From: Eledone cirrhosa
Taxonomy: Eukaryota
Direction: 5' to 3'
Assembly (NCBI GenBank): GCA_964016885.1
Contig: OZ024741.1
Coordinates: forward strand, 319,548,001 to 319,612,000
DNA length: 64,000 nucleotides
In this document: positions 47,221 to 63,198 of the stretch, piece after piece
How positions within the stretch are numbered: the stretch's first letter is position 1
Layout: each line of letters begins with the position of its first letter
Notes under the pieces: generated by a model
What the model was told of the DNA's origin: nothing
The model's input: the letters and a program-made list of their open reading frames with translations, nothing else
Databases searched by the model: none
Made by a program: the position numbers and the translations under genes

Positions 47221-48509
47221 GTAAGTGATGGTAGATAGAGTGAAATGATGGATAGAGTATGGAGAGAGTGACGAAATGAGTGTGTGCAAGGGAGACAGAA
47301 AGAGAGAAAAAGAAAAAGAAAAAGAAAGGGGGAGAAATAGGGCAAGGGAAAGTGGGTGCACTGAAAATGAATCTGATAGAGTGGATGACTAAAATACAGT
47401 TAGTGAAAGAAAGTTAAATCATGAAAATAATGGGAAAGGGACAGATTCTCCACCCCTGTTTCGGTGGTTTATCTTAACTGTGCCTCACAGATAAGATGGT
47501 AAAAACATAGTAATAGAGAATAGCCAGTGACACCCACTGCATCATACAATCCAGTCTATGGGGCTCCTTCTTCAGGCCTTTGAAATATTTATGTTAATAA
47601 AAGCTTTGAAATTTCACCATTAGTTAATTAGACATATACTAAACTGTAACAGATCAACAGGTAGAGGGACAGGCTCCTCCAGGTTAAAATCGCCCGCTCC
47701 CACCAAATCTGTATATCATGAAGGCGACCCTAAAATCTCACTCCATCAGGAGTTATGGGTTCAGTTATATATATTTACTAACTTTTATATCACATACGCT
47801 ACACAGTGTAGGAGTCCAAATCAGATATAATACAAAACAGTTATTACATAAACAGCTATTATGATATTAAGTGGAGATGTCTCATTGAAACCAATTGTTT
47901 ATTGAAAATTGAAATGAGTTATGTTTTTTAAGTTGTAATTGAATATTTCTCCATCGAATACTATCAATTTTAATTATATTTTGAAAACCTTATTTCGAAA
48001 TTTTATTTCTGTATCAAAAACAAAATCCAAAATAATCTAATATAATCTCCCCTTCCCGATCTTTTTCTTCTTTCTTTCTCTCCTCTTTTTTTCTATGTAT
48101 TTTTTTCTATATTTCCCTATTCTTTCTTTCCTTTTGTTTTCCCTTCTTTTTTTATTATTTCTATATTTAAAATAAACATGTATTATTTATTTAAAAAAAA
48201 AACAAACCTATTTTATATTTTTCAGTTATATTTTATGATTTCAGTCTTCATAAATCTTTCTTTCTGGTTTTTTTTTCACTATCACTATTCTTTTTTATTT
48301 TGTCCTAAGACAAAATGAATAAATAATTCTTAAGAATAAAATAGAAAAGTTGAAAGCAAAATAAATAAATAAACAATCAAATAAATAAATAAACAAACAA
48401 ACAAACAAATATATATATATATGATGAAGAAAGTAAATTGACAATGCCACTTAAAACCATTCAAAATAGATTCCATAATTTCCTCAAATCCAACCCTAAC
48501 TCCACCATG

Positions 48510-48573
<64 letters not shown>
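48510..48573. repeat. (ACT)n microsatellite
   Basis: About 21 perfect units. Confidence 0.95.
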
Positions 48574-49031
48574 GCTACTCCTGCAGCCACCACAACCAAC
48601 ACCACTACACCACTGCTACACCTACTGCATAAGATATGATTTGTCTCTTGAAGAAGGTGTTTTCACTTGAAGCTTTCTGATTACTATTTAAAAAGAACAT
48701 TTTATTCCTTTTTACATGAATGAATATTTATATATGTGTGTGTGTGTGTGAGAAAGTATATGTGTGCGTTCTTTGGGGTGACTAGGGAGATTAGGTTATA
48801 TGTATATATATGCATATATATATGTATATGCGTGGGTGGGTGACATGTTATTAGTCTCAACACTCAAGATCCATCTCACTGTCTTGCTCAGAAAAAAAAA
48901 ATATTTATACATGTGTATATATATATATATATATAAATATATATATGTATATGTGGGTGTATATATATATATATATGTATATGTGTGTGTATATATATAT
49001 ATATATATACACAAGTATAAATATATACAAG

Positions 49032-49074
<43 letters not shown>

Positions 49075-49079
49075 TTGTG

Positions 49080-49112
<33 letters not shown>

Positions 49113-49195
49113 GTACATATATCTATATCTATATGTGTATATATGTATATGTATATATGTATATATGTATATGTATATATGTATATGTATATATC

Positions 49196-50164
<969 letters not shown>

Positions 50165-50189
50165 ATATATATATATATATGTATATGTA

Positions 50190-50237
<48 letters not shown>

Positions 50238-50280
50238 TAATATAGATGAGATTCTACAGGACTAGAACTGTTTCATTCTT

Positions 50281-50334
50281 TAGAGCGCTCGCTTAGCGTG
50301 CGAGAGGTACCGGGATCGATGCCCGGATTCTCCA
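50281..50334 (+). pseudogene. tRNA-Ala(AGC) 3' fragment lacking the first ~19 nt
   Basis: TAGAGC D-arm end, anticodon arm CTCGC-TTAGCGT-GCGAG, T arm CCGGG-ATCGATG-CCCGG, acceptor strand ATTCTCC-A with U70. No added CCA. Confidence 0.88.
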
Positions 50335-50339
50335 GTGAA

Positions 50340-50390
50340 AGATTCCTGATGATTTCTAAAGAATGAAACAGTTCTAGTCCTGTAGAATCT
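50340..50390 (+). ncRNA. Type-I hammerhead ribozyme
   Basis: Stem I AGAUUC/GAAUCU, core CUGAUGA, stem II U-UUCU aa AGAA-U, GAA, stem III ACAG/CUGU with an 8-nt loop, GUA triplet. Confidence 0.82.
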
Positions 50391-50472
50391 CATCTATATT
50401 AAAACTTTTATACTCTGCTATGTATTGAGTACCTTACTTACTGTGGTTACCTCCGATTCAACCCGGAATAAC

Positions 50473-50534
<62 letters not shown>

Positions 50535-51003
50535 CGTTTCTGAATTTTTTTAGCAAGATTCTTTATCTGAAATCGTGTGTTGAAACCGATATTGTTATAC
50601 TTTGGGAGGGTCATGTTGCCAATAAGAAACACACGCACCAGTTGCTTTCACTTCAATTTATTATATATTTATAAATTTATAAATTTACAAATCTACAAAC
50701 TTATAAATTTCTGGTTGGTTGGTTGGTTCCACAACCAGATAGTTGTTTATATATAGTCATAGTCCTTTTGTCACACACTCTGTGACCTCTTCAGTGACTG
50801 GGGATTCCTTTCTTTGTTTCTGTGCCTTTCCTTTCTTCTGTCCTACGCCATTTTGTTTCTGTGTGTGTGTTGTGTGCTCAGTTTGCGCATGCGCCACATC
50901 CGGGTGTCTGTGTGTGTTTGTGTTCATTTATCTATTTGTTTATTTATTTACATGTTGTTGGTTGGTTGTTTGTTCTATGTGTGTGTGTGTTTTCATTTTG
51001 TCC

Positions 51004-52150
51004 TTAATTGTAAGTTGTGATGTTGCTGTTCAACTCATATTTTCTATTTAATTTTGGTTGTAATTCTTTTATGCTTACTGCCTCTGTAATTTGCCTAAAC
51101 ATTGCATCTTTTCTGTGTGTGGATTCTATTTTTATTTCTATGTTCTCTAATTTACCCTTGTGTTCTATCTTAGCATGTTGGTAGAGTACAGATGATTCTT
51201 TATTATCTTGAAGGTCTCGCCAGTGTTCATTTATCCGTTCCCCTATACTACGAGCTGTCTCACCTATGTACACTATATTTTTGTTTCTACATTGTCCTTC
51301 AGTACATCTTATGCTATACACTACATTTCTAGTTTTAAAGTTAATATGGGGGCTTATTTTACAGGTTCTACATTTCTTATCTATACATGAGGGTCTTTGG
51401 AACGGGTATGTCTTGCTAATAAGTGTTTTTACGGAGGTACCTGGTCTTTCTACTATCTTAATATTGAGATTATGTTTATTTAGGGCCCTTCTAAATTTGT
51501 AGGCTAGTTCGCCTCTAGGGGTTGTATTGATGAACATTACACTCTGGTATTTATTGCTATCATACCATGAGTTTATTCTATTGGCCTTGTTCCTAGTTCT
51601 TTCTATTCTATTCCAAAATTTGCTCCTATACAAGGGGCAGGTCCCATTTATGTCATTATTTACTATTTTTTCCCATTTGGTTCTGGCTCCTCTATACACT
51701 CTGATTCTATCTCTCTGATTGTAGCCAGAGAACTGCATACGGTGGATGAAGTGTTGTATGTGTCTCTCTAGTTCTTCGGGGTTGCACATGCGGGACACAT
51801 TTCTCATCACCCGTACCAAATCCGCAACCAGTATGTTGATTTTCGTATGGTCCGAAATGGCCGAGTTTCGGTGGATCAGATGTTTGGAAGTCATGGGTTT
51901 GGCATAATGGGAATGGAGGATTTGTTTTTGGTTGTTAATGGTATCTAACCAGAGCTCTGTGTCTAGTACAGGTAATCGATGGTTGGGGTGTCTACTTGGG
52001 TAGTCTATAGTAACTCTAATGCTCTGGTGGATGGAGTTTGCTATTTTCTGGATGCTTTCCATTGTGTTTTTCTCTAGTTCCTGACTGTTCTCTAGTGGGG
52101 GTGTCTTAACTACGATGTTTATATCATCTACGATGTTTATATCATCTACG
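51004..52150 (-). pseudogene. Inverted partial copy of the PLE ORF (RT C-terminus and GIY-YIG)
   Basis: ORF 51004..52062 is almost identical to the last 352 aa of ORF 53141..55114. Confidence 0.9.
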
Positions 52151-52607
52151 TAGCGGGAGCATCAAAAACAAAAGCAACAATATACGCACACACATATACA
52201 ACACACATCCCAACAACAACAGACACACAGACACAAACAACAATAACAACAACACACACATCAACAACAACAACAATAGCAACATACCCAGAAACAACAA
52301 CAACAGACACGCAGACACAAACAACAATAACAACACACACAACAACGATAACACACACGGAGACAACAACAACACACATCAACAACAGCACACATCAACA
52401 ACAACACACACGCATTCAATGCCTCTCACCACCACCACAATCTTAACAAACACACAGACACAGAAAACAAGTAATGACAGTAGCACATAAATCACAGAAA
52501 TAAGGGAAAGTAATAGGATTAAAAGGAGAAGGGAGACTAAAGACAAAGAGAATAACCAAGACGAACACACAGACACACAAAATAGGGTAGATAACAACAT
52601 TGAGCCA

Positions 52608-55114
52608 GTGGAAAGAGACAGGAGTAATTGTGAGAGACATAGAAACAACCATGAGGCTGTTGGTGGAAATAGAAATAGAAACAACACAACTAACAATAAC
52701 AATAGCACTAGTACACATAAAGCAGCAGCCTGGAACTCTCCGTTTTATAATCCCTCCGATAAATCATTCGACCTGCGACGAGTCCACGCCACGACTTTAC
52801 CATTTAACAAACGCACGCAGTTGCCGTCGCAGGTCGATGAACAAACAGAAGCACAATTTAGTATAGCTAGATCCGAACTTAGAAATATTATAGAACAGTA
52901 TAGCAAGAAGCATAATAGGATAGAGGCCCAGTAACTGGGAGAAAAATCTGCAAATGGCTTGCGTAAGCTCATGCAGCGCTCACGTAATGGAGAGATAGCA
53001 TGCTTCCCAACAGACAAGTCTGGCAGAATGTCGGTTGACAGCCTGCCAAACTACATCCAGGCAATGCAACCCACATCACTAACACAAGAGAGGTAACACC
53101 ACAGGAGCATGAGGATAGAGAAAAAGCCCTCAATGCCCATATGGTGATGTGGACGAATATAATGCAGCCCAACAAAAGGACTGCCAACAACTTCCAGGCC
53201 TGGAACAATGACGTGCCGGCGTTGTATGGGATTCAAAAAGACCATAAAACGGGCTGTGACCCTGTCGCGGGACCACCAACACGGCCAGTCTGTGGAGCTA
53301 ACATTGCTAGTAACTACAGACTGTCCTACTTCCTCTCCCTGATCATACGCCCCATCATTGAGATGTCCCCAGATGTATGTGACAGCACGGAGGATCTCCT
53401 CAGCAGAATCGGCGTGGGTAACCGATCTGGGGACCTAACAAACTGCATAATAGGCAGTATGGATGTTGTGTCCCTGTATCCATCTATTGACGTGGATTTT
53501 GCTGTGGAGAAATGCGTAGAAATGATCAGCGAGAGCAAGGTTGAGTTCCGTGGGATTGATACCAGTGAGCTGGGACTTCTACTTAAGCTTACCCATAGTA
53601 ATAGTTACCTAGACACTTATGACCTTAGCAACCTGTGCCCTACAAGACCAGCAAGAGGCAGACCACCTACCATTACCTCAATGGCCAACAAAACCCACAC
53701 AGATAGATGGAACGGGTGGACCAGAGCCATACGGACACCCGAAAACCACGATGAACTGAAGAAAATGATTGCACATGCGGTAGGGGCCAGCATAAAATTA
53801 ACCCTTAAGGAACATATGTTCAAATTTAATGGAAAAACATGTGCCCAAGAGGAAGGAACAGCCATTGGTGTTAGCATTGTAGGCGACATAGCTAACTTAT
53901 TCATGGTATGGTGGGACAGTAGACTTAAACTTAAACTTAAAGAACAATTAGAAGACAGCTTAACCCTGATAATGTACTCCCGCTACGTAGAGGATATAAA
54001 CATCGTAGTTAAGACACCCCCACTAGAGAACAGTCAGGAACTAGAGAAAAACACAATGGAAAGCATCCAGAAAATAGCAAACTCCATCCACCAGAGCATT
54101 AGAGTTACTATAGACTACCCAAGTAGACACCCCAACCATCGATTACCTGTACTAGACACAGAGCTCTGGTTAGATACCATTAACAACCAAAAACAAATCC
54201 TCCATTCCCATTATGCCAAACCCATGACTTCCAAACATCTGATCCACCGAAACTCGGCCATTTCGGACCATACGAAAATCAACATACTGATTGCGGATTT
54301 GGTACGGGTGATGAGAAATGTGTCCCGCATGTGCAACCCCGAAGAACTAGAGAGACACATACAACACTTCATCCACCGTATGCAGTTCTCTGGCTACAAT
54401 CAGAGAGATAGAATCAGAGTGTATAGAGGAGCCAGAACTAAATGGGAAAAAATGGTAAATAATGACATAAATGGGACCTGCCCCTTGTATAGGAGCAAAT
54501 TTTGGAATAGAATAGAAAGAACTAGGAACAAGGCCAATAGAATAAACTCATGGTATGATAGCAATAAATATCAGAGTGTAATGTTCATCAATACAACCCC
54601 TAGAGGCGAACTAGCCTACACATTTAGAAGGGCCCTAAATAAACATAAACTCAATATTAAGATAGTAGAAAGACCAGGTACCTCCGTAAAAACACTTATT
54701 AGCAAGATATACCCGTTCCAAAGACCCTCATGTATAGATAAGAAATGTATAACCTGTAAAATAAGCCCCCATATTAACTGTAAAACTAGAAATGTAGTGT
54801 ATAGCATAAGATGTACTGAAGGACAATGTAGAAACAAAAATATAGTGTACATAGGTGAGACAGCTCGTAGTATAGGGGAACGGATAAATGAACACTGGCG
54901 AGACCTTCAAGATAATAAAGAATCATCTGTACTCTACCAACATGCTAAGATAGAACACAAGGGTAAATTAGAGAACATAGAAATAAAAATAGAATCCACA
55001 CACAGAAAAGATGCAATGTTTAGGCAAATTACAGAGGCAGTAAGCATAAAAGAATTACAACCAAAATTAAGTAGAAAATATGAGTGGAACAGCAACATCA
55101 CAACTTACAATTAA
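52608..55114 (+). pseudogene. PLE RT and GIY-YIG endonuclease ORF, disrupted
   Basis: N-terminal TDKSG motif (~53010) lies upstream of a frameshift (~53072), with a TAA at 52932. Motifs KDHK, RPVC, SMDVVSLYPSI, GTAIG..MVWWD, RYVED (expected DD), DYPS.H..LPVLD, Cys linker, VVY..YIGETAR. Naiad assignment is from motif recognition only. Confidence 0.88.
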
Positions 55115-55318
55115 GGACAAAATGAAAACACACACACACATAGAACAAACAACCAACCAACAACATGTAAATAAATAAACAAATAGATAAATGAACACAA
55201 ACACACACAGACACCCGGATGTGGCGCATGCGCAAACTGAGCACACAACACACACACAGAAACAAAATGGCGTAGGACAGAAGAAAGGAAAAGCACAGAA
55301 ACAAAGAAAGGAATCCCC

Positions 55319-55363
55319 AGTCACTGAAGAGGTCACAGAGTGTGTGACGAAAGGACTATGACT
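55319..55363 (+). ncRNA. Minimal type-I hammerhead in the Naiad pLTR
   Basis: AGUCA-CUGAAGA-G-GUCACA gagug UGUGAC-GAA-AGgaCU-A-UGACU. Identical at 18487-18531. The inverted copy at 50755-50799 has G12 changed to A. Confidence 0.78.
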
Positions 55364-55521
55364 ATATATAAACAACTATCTGGTTGTGGAACCAACCAAC
55401 CAACCAGAAATTTATAAGTTTGTAGATTTGTAAATTTATAAATTTATAAATATATAATAAATTGAAGTGAAAGCAACTGGTGCGTGTGTTTCTTATTGGC
55501 AACATGACCCTCCCAAAGTAT

Positions 55522-56746
<1,225 letters not shown>

Positions 56747-56823
56747 TATATATATAGATATATATATTTATACATGTGTGTATATATATATATATATATA
56801 AATATATATATTTATACATGTGT

Positions 56824-56893
<70 letters not shown>

Positions 56894-56906
56894 GTGTATA
56901 TATATA

Positions 56907-57946
56907 TCATCATCATCATCTTCGTTTAACGTCCATCTTCCACGCTAGCATGGGTTAGACGGGAGTTGCCCCACTTGAGGCAAGATTAGTCGGGTGACCG
57001 TGTCTCGCTCATATAGGACTATCTGGCAGGTTTTCTATGGCTGGATGTCCTTACTAACACCAACCACATTTACAGTGTGGAACTGGGAACTTTTTACCGT
57101 GTTACCTACACGGACACATTACAGCGTGGACGGTGTGTTTTTTTGTTGTGATACCTACACAATCTCGATCTCATTATTTCATTTATTTGGACTGGATGTT
57201 GTGGTACTGACTTTACAGAGAGAAGGCAGTGTTGGTGGGAGTGGGGGGATAGGGTAGGGGTAGTGGATCGGGGTGTATATTTGGTTAAGAGGTGCCTACT
57301 GTTTATAGGTTTCACTTTGTACATAGGCAAGGCGGGTCTTCTGTATTACTGCGTAGCACCAAAGATCTCGGTCCAGTGACATTGTCTTAGAGAGGTGCAA
57401 GTGTGTAAGGTCGGAATTTATCAGATCGTCCAAGGTTTTTCTGCGTCTACCTACTCCGTAACTACCAACAATTTTCATCGCCCTGCACTTCTTTATACAG
57501 CTGGCGTCTTTCATGCACATCATGTGGCCATACCTACGTAATCTTCTCTCAAGTAAACAGCATCTGATCCCTCTTATTCCTAATTTCTCACTTAGTTCAT
57601 TTATGCTTTGCCGTTCACGTATATTACTATTACACATCCAACGGAGCATGCATGCTTCGTTCCTTTCCAGTCTGCGCAGGTCCTCTGCACGTAATGCCCA
57701 CGTCTCACTGCTATGTAGCATTGCTGTTCGTATACAGGCATCATACAATCTGCCTTTCATTTTTAGAGGGAAACCTTTTGTGGTCAACAGCGGTTTATGC
57801 TCTCTGAACCTTTTCCATCCCGTTCTGCCTCTGGCTACTGTACTTTCAGAACACCCTCCACCACTGCTGATTTCGTCACCCAGGTAACGGAAAGTGTCCA
57901 CTATTTTTATAGAACCATCTGGGCAATAGACGGAGCTAGTATCCTG
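56907..57946 (-). mobile_element. RTE LINE 3' fragment, same family as 13601-16611
   Basis: ORF 57296..57901 is highly similar to the 929-aa ORF C-terminus, followed by the 3'UTR and (GAT)n. Confidence 0.92.
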
Positions 57947-58010
57947 TGGATACTTATATATTTGTATATATGTATATATATATGTATATGTACATGTATA
58001 TATATATATA

Positions 58011-59257
58011 TCATCATCATCATCATCATCATCATTTTACGTCCGCTTTTCTCTGCTTGCAAGGGTTGGACGGGTCCTATTCAGCACAGCATCTCCCCAC
58101 TTGTCATGGTCCTTTGTCATCTCCTCAGTGAGTTTCAGCAATCTGAGGTCTGCTCTCACCACCTCCCACTTGTCATGGTCCTTTGTCATCTCCTCAGTGA
58201 GTTTCAGCAATCTGAAGTCTGCTCTCACCACCTCCACCCATGTTTTTCGTGGTTTACCTCTACAACGTCTTCCTTCTACTGGGATTTCTTGGCACTTCCT
58301 TACCCAGCAATCATCCTCCATGCGCCTCAGATGTCTATACCATCTCAACCTTCTTTCCTGCACACCACAACCTATCCCTCTTATTCACAGTTTCTTTCTC
58401 AACTTGTCTATGCTTGGTCGTTCATGCACATTGACATTGCACATCCAACGGAGCATATTGCTTCATTTCTCTCCAGTCGTTGCATATACTCTGCAGTTGC
58501 TGCCCATGTCTGAGTACCATACAGCATCCCGCATCTCACACAGGCATCATATAACCGTCCTTTCGTACACAGGGAGAAACCCTTCTTTGTCAACAGGAAG
58601 CAGCTCCTTAAACTTCTTCCAACCCGTCCTTATTCTAGATACTATGGCCTCGGAACACTCCCTTCCCATGCTAAATCTGATCACCAAGGTACCGGAAGCT
58701 ATCAACCACTTCTATAGCACCTACCTGCATTGGAAAAATGCGTCTATCACTGCGATTACTACTGCCAACTTTCCCTGTACATCTACTGCATACGTAGTTT
58801 CCCTACCTGTTAGTTTACCTGCTATCCCACTACATCTCTTGTGTACCCAAGATCTGCATTGCGTACATTTTATGGAATTTATGCCAGTTCCTTTCCTACA
58901 TATCGAACATGGCCATTTCCCTGATGGAATCAGAGTATTGTCCTCTCTTCTACTTATCAACACTTTTGTCTTAGCTATGTTCACTCTCAGTTCCCTTGAT
59001 TCTAACTGCTGTTTCCATAGCTAGAATTTATTCTCTAGCTCCTCTACTGATTCTACTATAAGAACCAGATCATCAGCATAGAGAAGTTCCCATGGGCATC
59101 CAGTCTTAAACTCCTCTGTTATGGCTTGGAGGACTATAATGAACAAGAGCGGGCTGAGGACTGAACCCTGATGTACTCCTACTTGTATCTGGATATCCTC
59201 ACTAAACTCCATACCTACTCTCACTTTACTGACACCACCCCTGTACATAGCTTGCTT
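58011..59257 (-). mobile_element. RTE LINE, second subfamily, frameshifted, almost no 3'UTR
   Basis: GVHQGSVLSP and LLYADD (59021..59248), PHD (58721..58984), RRLRWY..GKPRKTW (58037..58363). 69-bp tandem duplication at ~58095-58232. Confidence 0.9.
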
Positions 59258-59278
59258 ATGTATATATATATATACACA

Positions 59279-59333
<55 letters not shown>

Positions 59334-59981
59334 ATGTGTATATATATATGTGTGTGTATATGTATGTGTGTGTGTGTGTGTGTATATATATGTATGTGTG
59401 TGTGTGTGTGTGTGTGTGTATGAATATTGTAGGTGAGTGTATGTATTGCTTGAAGTATATATTGTTTATTTTAAGTTATTACAAGAAAATATAAATATTG
59501 TCATGTAATTTATGTAAAGAAAAATTATACTTTAAAAAGGATTTTTAAAACGATATATATTTTGTTTCCTTATATCCATGCATATATATAATTGTTTCTA
59601 CTTTTGGCACAAGGCCAGCAATTACCCAGTTCATTACTGGTACTTTATTTTATCGATCTGGGAAGGATAAAAGGCAAAGTTAACCTCAACGGGATTTGAA
59701 CTCAGACCGTAAAGGGACGTAATTATGCTGGAAAGCATGGCGTCCGACCATCTACCGATACTGCCAATTCACCGCCCTTATTCACTATGCTTATATATAA
59801 TGATATATATATGCATGCAAAAGGGCACAAGCTCAACCACAGGGCAAATAATCGTTATAATAATATCTACATTCTATTTTTCTTAAGTATATAAACTGAA
59901 TAAAAGTCTTACTGTTTTTATCTGGCAACAACTCATTCATATATATATATATGTATCCATATACATATATATATGTATGTA

Positions 59982-60554
59982 TCCCAGTACAACCTGTCTC
60001 ATGGTCGGGTCGTTGGCGACTAAACTGGCAACCCCACCAAAGTTTCTTGGTGAGGAGGGTGACTTTGGACATCCTGCAGGACTAAAAACAAAACCTGTCA
60101 AAAAGCAAAGGAGCTCTTAAGAGTCAATGGCCATCCAAAATCACCGGGAGAGATGACCCCTTAGCCTTTGTCAAGGCAGAATTCTAGGAGAAGGAAAACT
60201 CTGATATAACACCTGCAACCCTGATGGTATCCAATGATGTTGACTTGTTCTTCTTTTTGGTAAATATCATCTTGGTTAAGAGAGTGGGACTGGCTTTGTG
60301 CAGTGCCTTTGCTCACTATAAAAGCTTCACGGCACAGGCATTGCATTATATCTGGAGATCTCTCTGCACTTGTCGTCACATGGTACTATGGACCCAGCAC
60401 TATGTGTCAATAATTGTCACAAGTGTAGTGTTTGTAACAGAGTTTTCAAGTCGCTGGCTGGACTAAAAAGTCACACTCGTTGAGCGCATCGGTAGGGGTT
60501 CTCCTACATGGATATAAAGTAGTGGCCGTACTCGAAAACGAGTTGGCAGCCACC

Positions 60555-60555
<1 letters not shown>
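59982..60555 (+). repeat. Second copy of the unclassified repeat at 12876-13505
   Basis: Colinear similarity over ~370 bp plus a shared 3' hairpin end. Bounded by TA. Confidence 0.6.
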
Positions 60556-60590
<35 letters not shown>

Positions 60591-61039
60591 ATACATATAT
60601 ATATATATAATCATCATCGTTTAACGTCCATCTTCCACGCTAGCATGAGTTGGACGGGTTTGTCCCACTTGGGGCAAGATTGATCAGGTGACCATGTCTC
60701 GCTCGTACATGACTGTTTCTGGCAGGTTCTCTATGGCTGGATGCCTTTCCTAACCCCAACCACATTTACAGTGTGGTCGCGGAGCCTTTTTACCGTGTCT
60801 CCTACACGACCACTTTACAGTGTGGACTGGATGCTTTACGTTGTATCACCTACATGAGTACTTTTCATGTATATACATATATGTGTATATATAAATATAA
60901 ATATATATAAATACATATAAATATAAATACATATATATATATATAATTATATATATAAATGTAAATATATATATATATAATTATATATATAAATATAAAT
61001 ATATATAATTATATATATTTATATATATAATTATATATG

Positions 61040-62347
61040 CAGGGTGCGGATGATATTTGTTCGCAAGATTACTGTCTAGGAAAGAATAACACAGTAGTTT
61101 TATTTTTTAAGATATATTTATCAAACTTGGGGCAGTTTGTCTTCATGACTTGTTCTTTCGATCTCACTCGATAAACCCGCCATTGCCTTTGATGACGGCC
61201 TCAAGGCGGCCTTGGAACCGGCTACAGGCTTTTATCACTGTCCCCCCGACTTAAGCCCCTAAAGGCACTTGTAATCCTGGCCTACAGATCGTCTTTCGTA
61301 TTGCAGCTAGATCTGTTGGTGTCTCGTTCCACTGCGCCCCACACAAAGAAGTCGAGGGAGTTGCAGTCAGGCGAGCTGGGAGGCCAAATGTCAGGTGAAG
61401 TGTGGTCGACGAAGTTCTCTGACAGCCAGGCTTGGGTCTTTTGGCTGGTATGGCAGGGCGCTGAGTCTTGCTGCTACACGTACAGCCTACCTGCAGCTAC
61501 CTGGTCGATCCAGGGCATTACTACCTCGCTCAGAACGCAGATGTAGCCATCGGTGTTCAGCTTGAGGCCCTCAGGGAAGAAGTGGGGTGGCATGACATCA
61601 CCTTGACTGTTGACGACACATAAGACCAATGTTGTCGGTGGAAACTTTGTCTGCATGACTCTGGGCACGTCTTTGGATGAGACAGCGAGCCACCTGTTGT
61701 TCTGGGAGTTGATCTTCTGGTCTTGGCAGAAGTTTTTCTCGTCGGAGAAAAACCACAGCATGTCTGGCTCCAGTGGGTGTTTCAACTTGTTGATCAGCTT
61801 ATTTGCGTGCTTCAGTCGCTTTTCTTGCATCACCTTTGACAGAAATTGTCCTTTCCTCATCTTGTATGAAACGTAGCGAATGTCTTCATGTACCACCAGC
61901 CTAATGAGCTTTTCATCCACGCCTTTCTCCCTTGAAATGGCACGCATCGACTTGCTAGGTTCATTGTTGATGATATCCTGAACCTCAGCGACGAACTCGG
62001 GCATTCTGAAGGCGTCAGATCGTCGATCATGTGTTTTCCTCTCTGATGTTGCTTCGTAGTCGAATCCTGAATCTTCCAATTCCTTTCTGACCTTTTCCAC
62101 CATTCTCCTGCTCACGCTGAGAAAGTCTGAAATTTCCTTATTTGTCCTCCCGGCGCGGATTCCAAGAAGAACTCCGTGTCTCTTCCACAAATTTGGAGGT
62201 TCAAAATTATTCATAATCAATTATTCTGAAAATTAATAATGGAAATATAGTCACTGTTTTTATGAATACAAGAGTGACAACGGAAGTAAAAAAAATTTGC
62301 ATAAAATCAGCAGTTGAAAATTGCGAACAAATATCGTCCGCACCCTG
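61040..62347 (-). mobile_element. DD37D mariner, full length, inactivated
   Basis: Both TIRs present. ORF 61474..62220 stops at a W-to-TAG change just before D2. Extra Cs near 61243 shift the frame. Confidence 0.93.
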
Positions 62348-62558
62348 TATATATATATATATATTTACAAACCTTAAAACCCCTCCCGGGTAATGTACTG
62401 AACATTTTCTAGTTTTCTATGCCCTTGAGAAGCCCTTTTCGAGCGAAAGTGACGTAGATGCTTTTTTTATATAAACATGTTTTAACGGGATATTCTCCTT
62501 TGTAATCATTTCACTTATATAATACTTATATATATTTACATACTTATATATATATATA

Positions 62559-62661
<103 letters not shown>

Positions 62662-62696
62662 CAAGTAAGTATGTTTTGAAACAGTGAGCAGGTTTG

Positions 62697-62892
62697 AAAT
62701 TAGAAAATAGAATAGCTTTCACCGTATTTTTGACTAAAGGAATTTTAGCCTGATAATGGGGTTTAGAACCCTCAGATAAATGGAAAAAGATGAGTATTGA
62801 CGTACAATACTCATCTTTTTCCATTTATCTGAGGGTTCTAAACCCCATTATCAGGCTAAAATTCCTTTAGTCAAAAATATGGTGAAAGCTAT
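62697..62892. mobile_element. Near-perfect 88-bp fold-back insertion
   Basis: Arms 62712-62799 and 62805-62892, 1 mismatch, 5-nt loop. Ends in (TA)n. Flanked by a ~34-bp direct repeat. Confidence 0.75.
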
Positions 62893-63048
62893 ATATATAT
62901 ATACATATATATAAGTAAGTATGTTTTGAAACAGCGAGCAAGTTTAAAGGATTGTAAATAAAACGAGTAAATGAGACAAAATTGGAATTCCTTTTATTAA
63001 TATAATCTTCTATACACAATCATACACACCTATGTATATTTATTTATG

Positions 63049-63198
<150 letters not shown>

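Larger units (their letters stand above)
50234..50473 (+). mobile_element. Fold-back element: tRNA-Ala fragment, hammerhead and PLE-type tail
   Basis: Arms ~50234-50284 and 50355-50404, tail 50405-50473, (TA)n on both sides. Confidence 0.78.

Noticed and set aside
52608-55114. Possible selenocysteine (UGA) read-through as reported for some Naiads
   Set aside because: The interruptions I can see are a TAA and a frameshift, not an in-frame TGA.
57797-59024. 238-aa and 307-aa plus-strand ORFs
   Set aside because: Antisense to RTE coding sequence.
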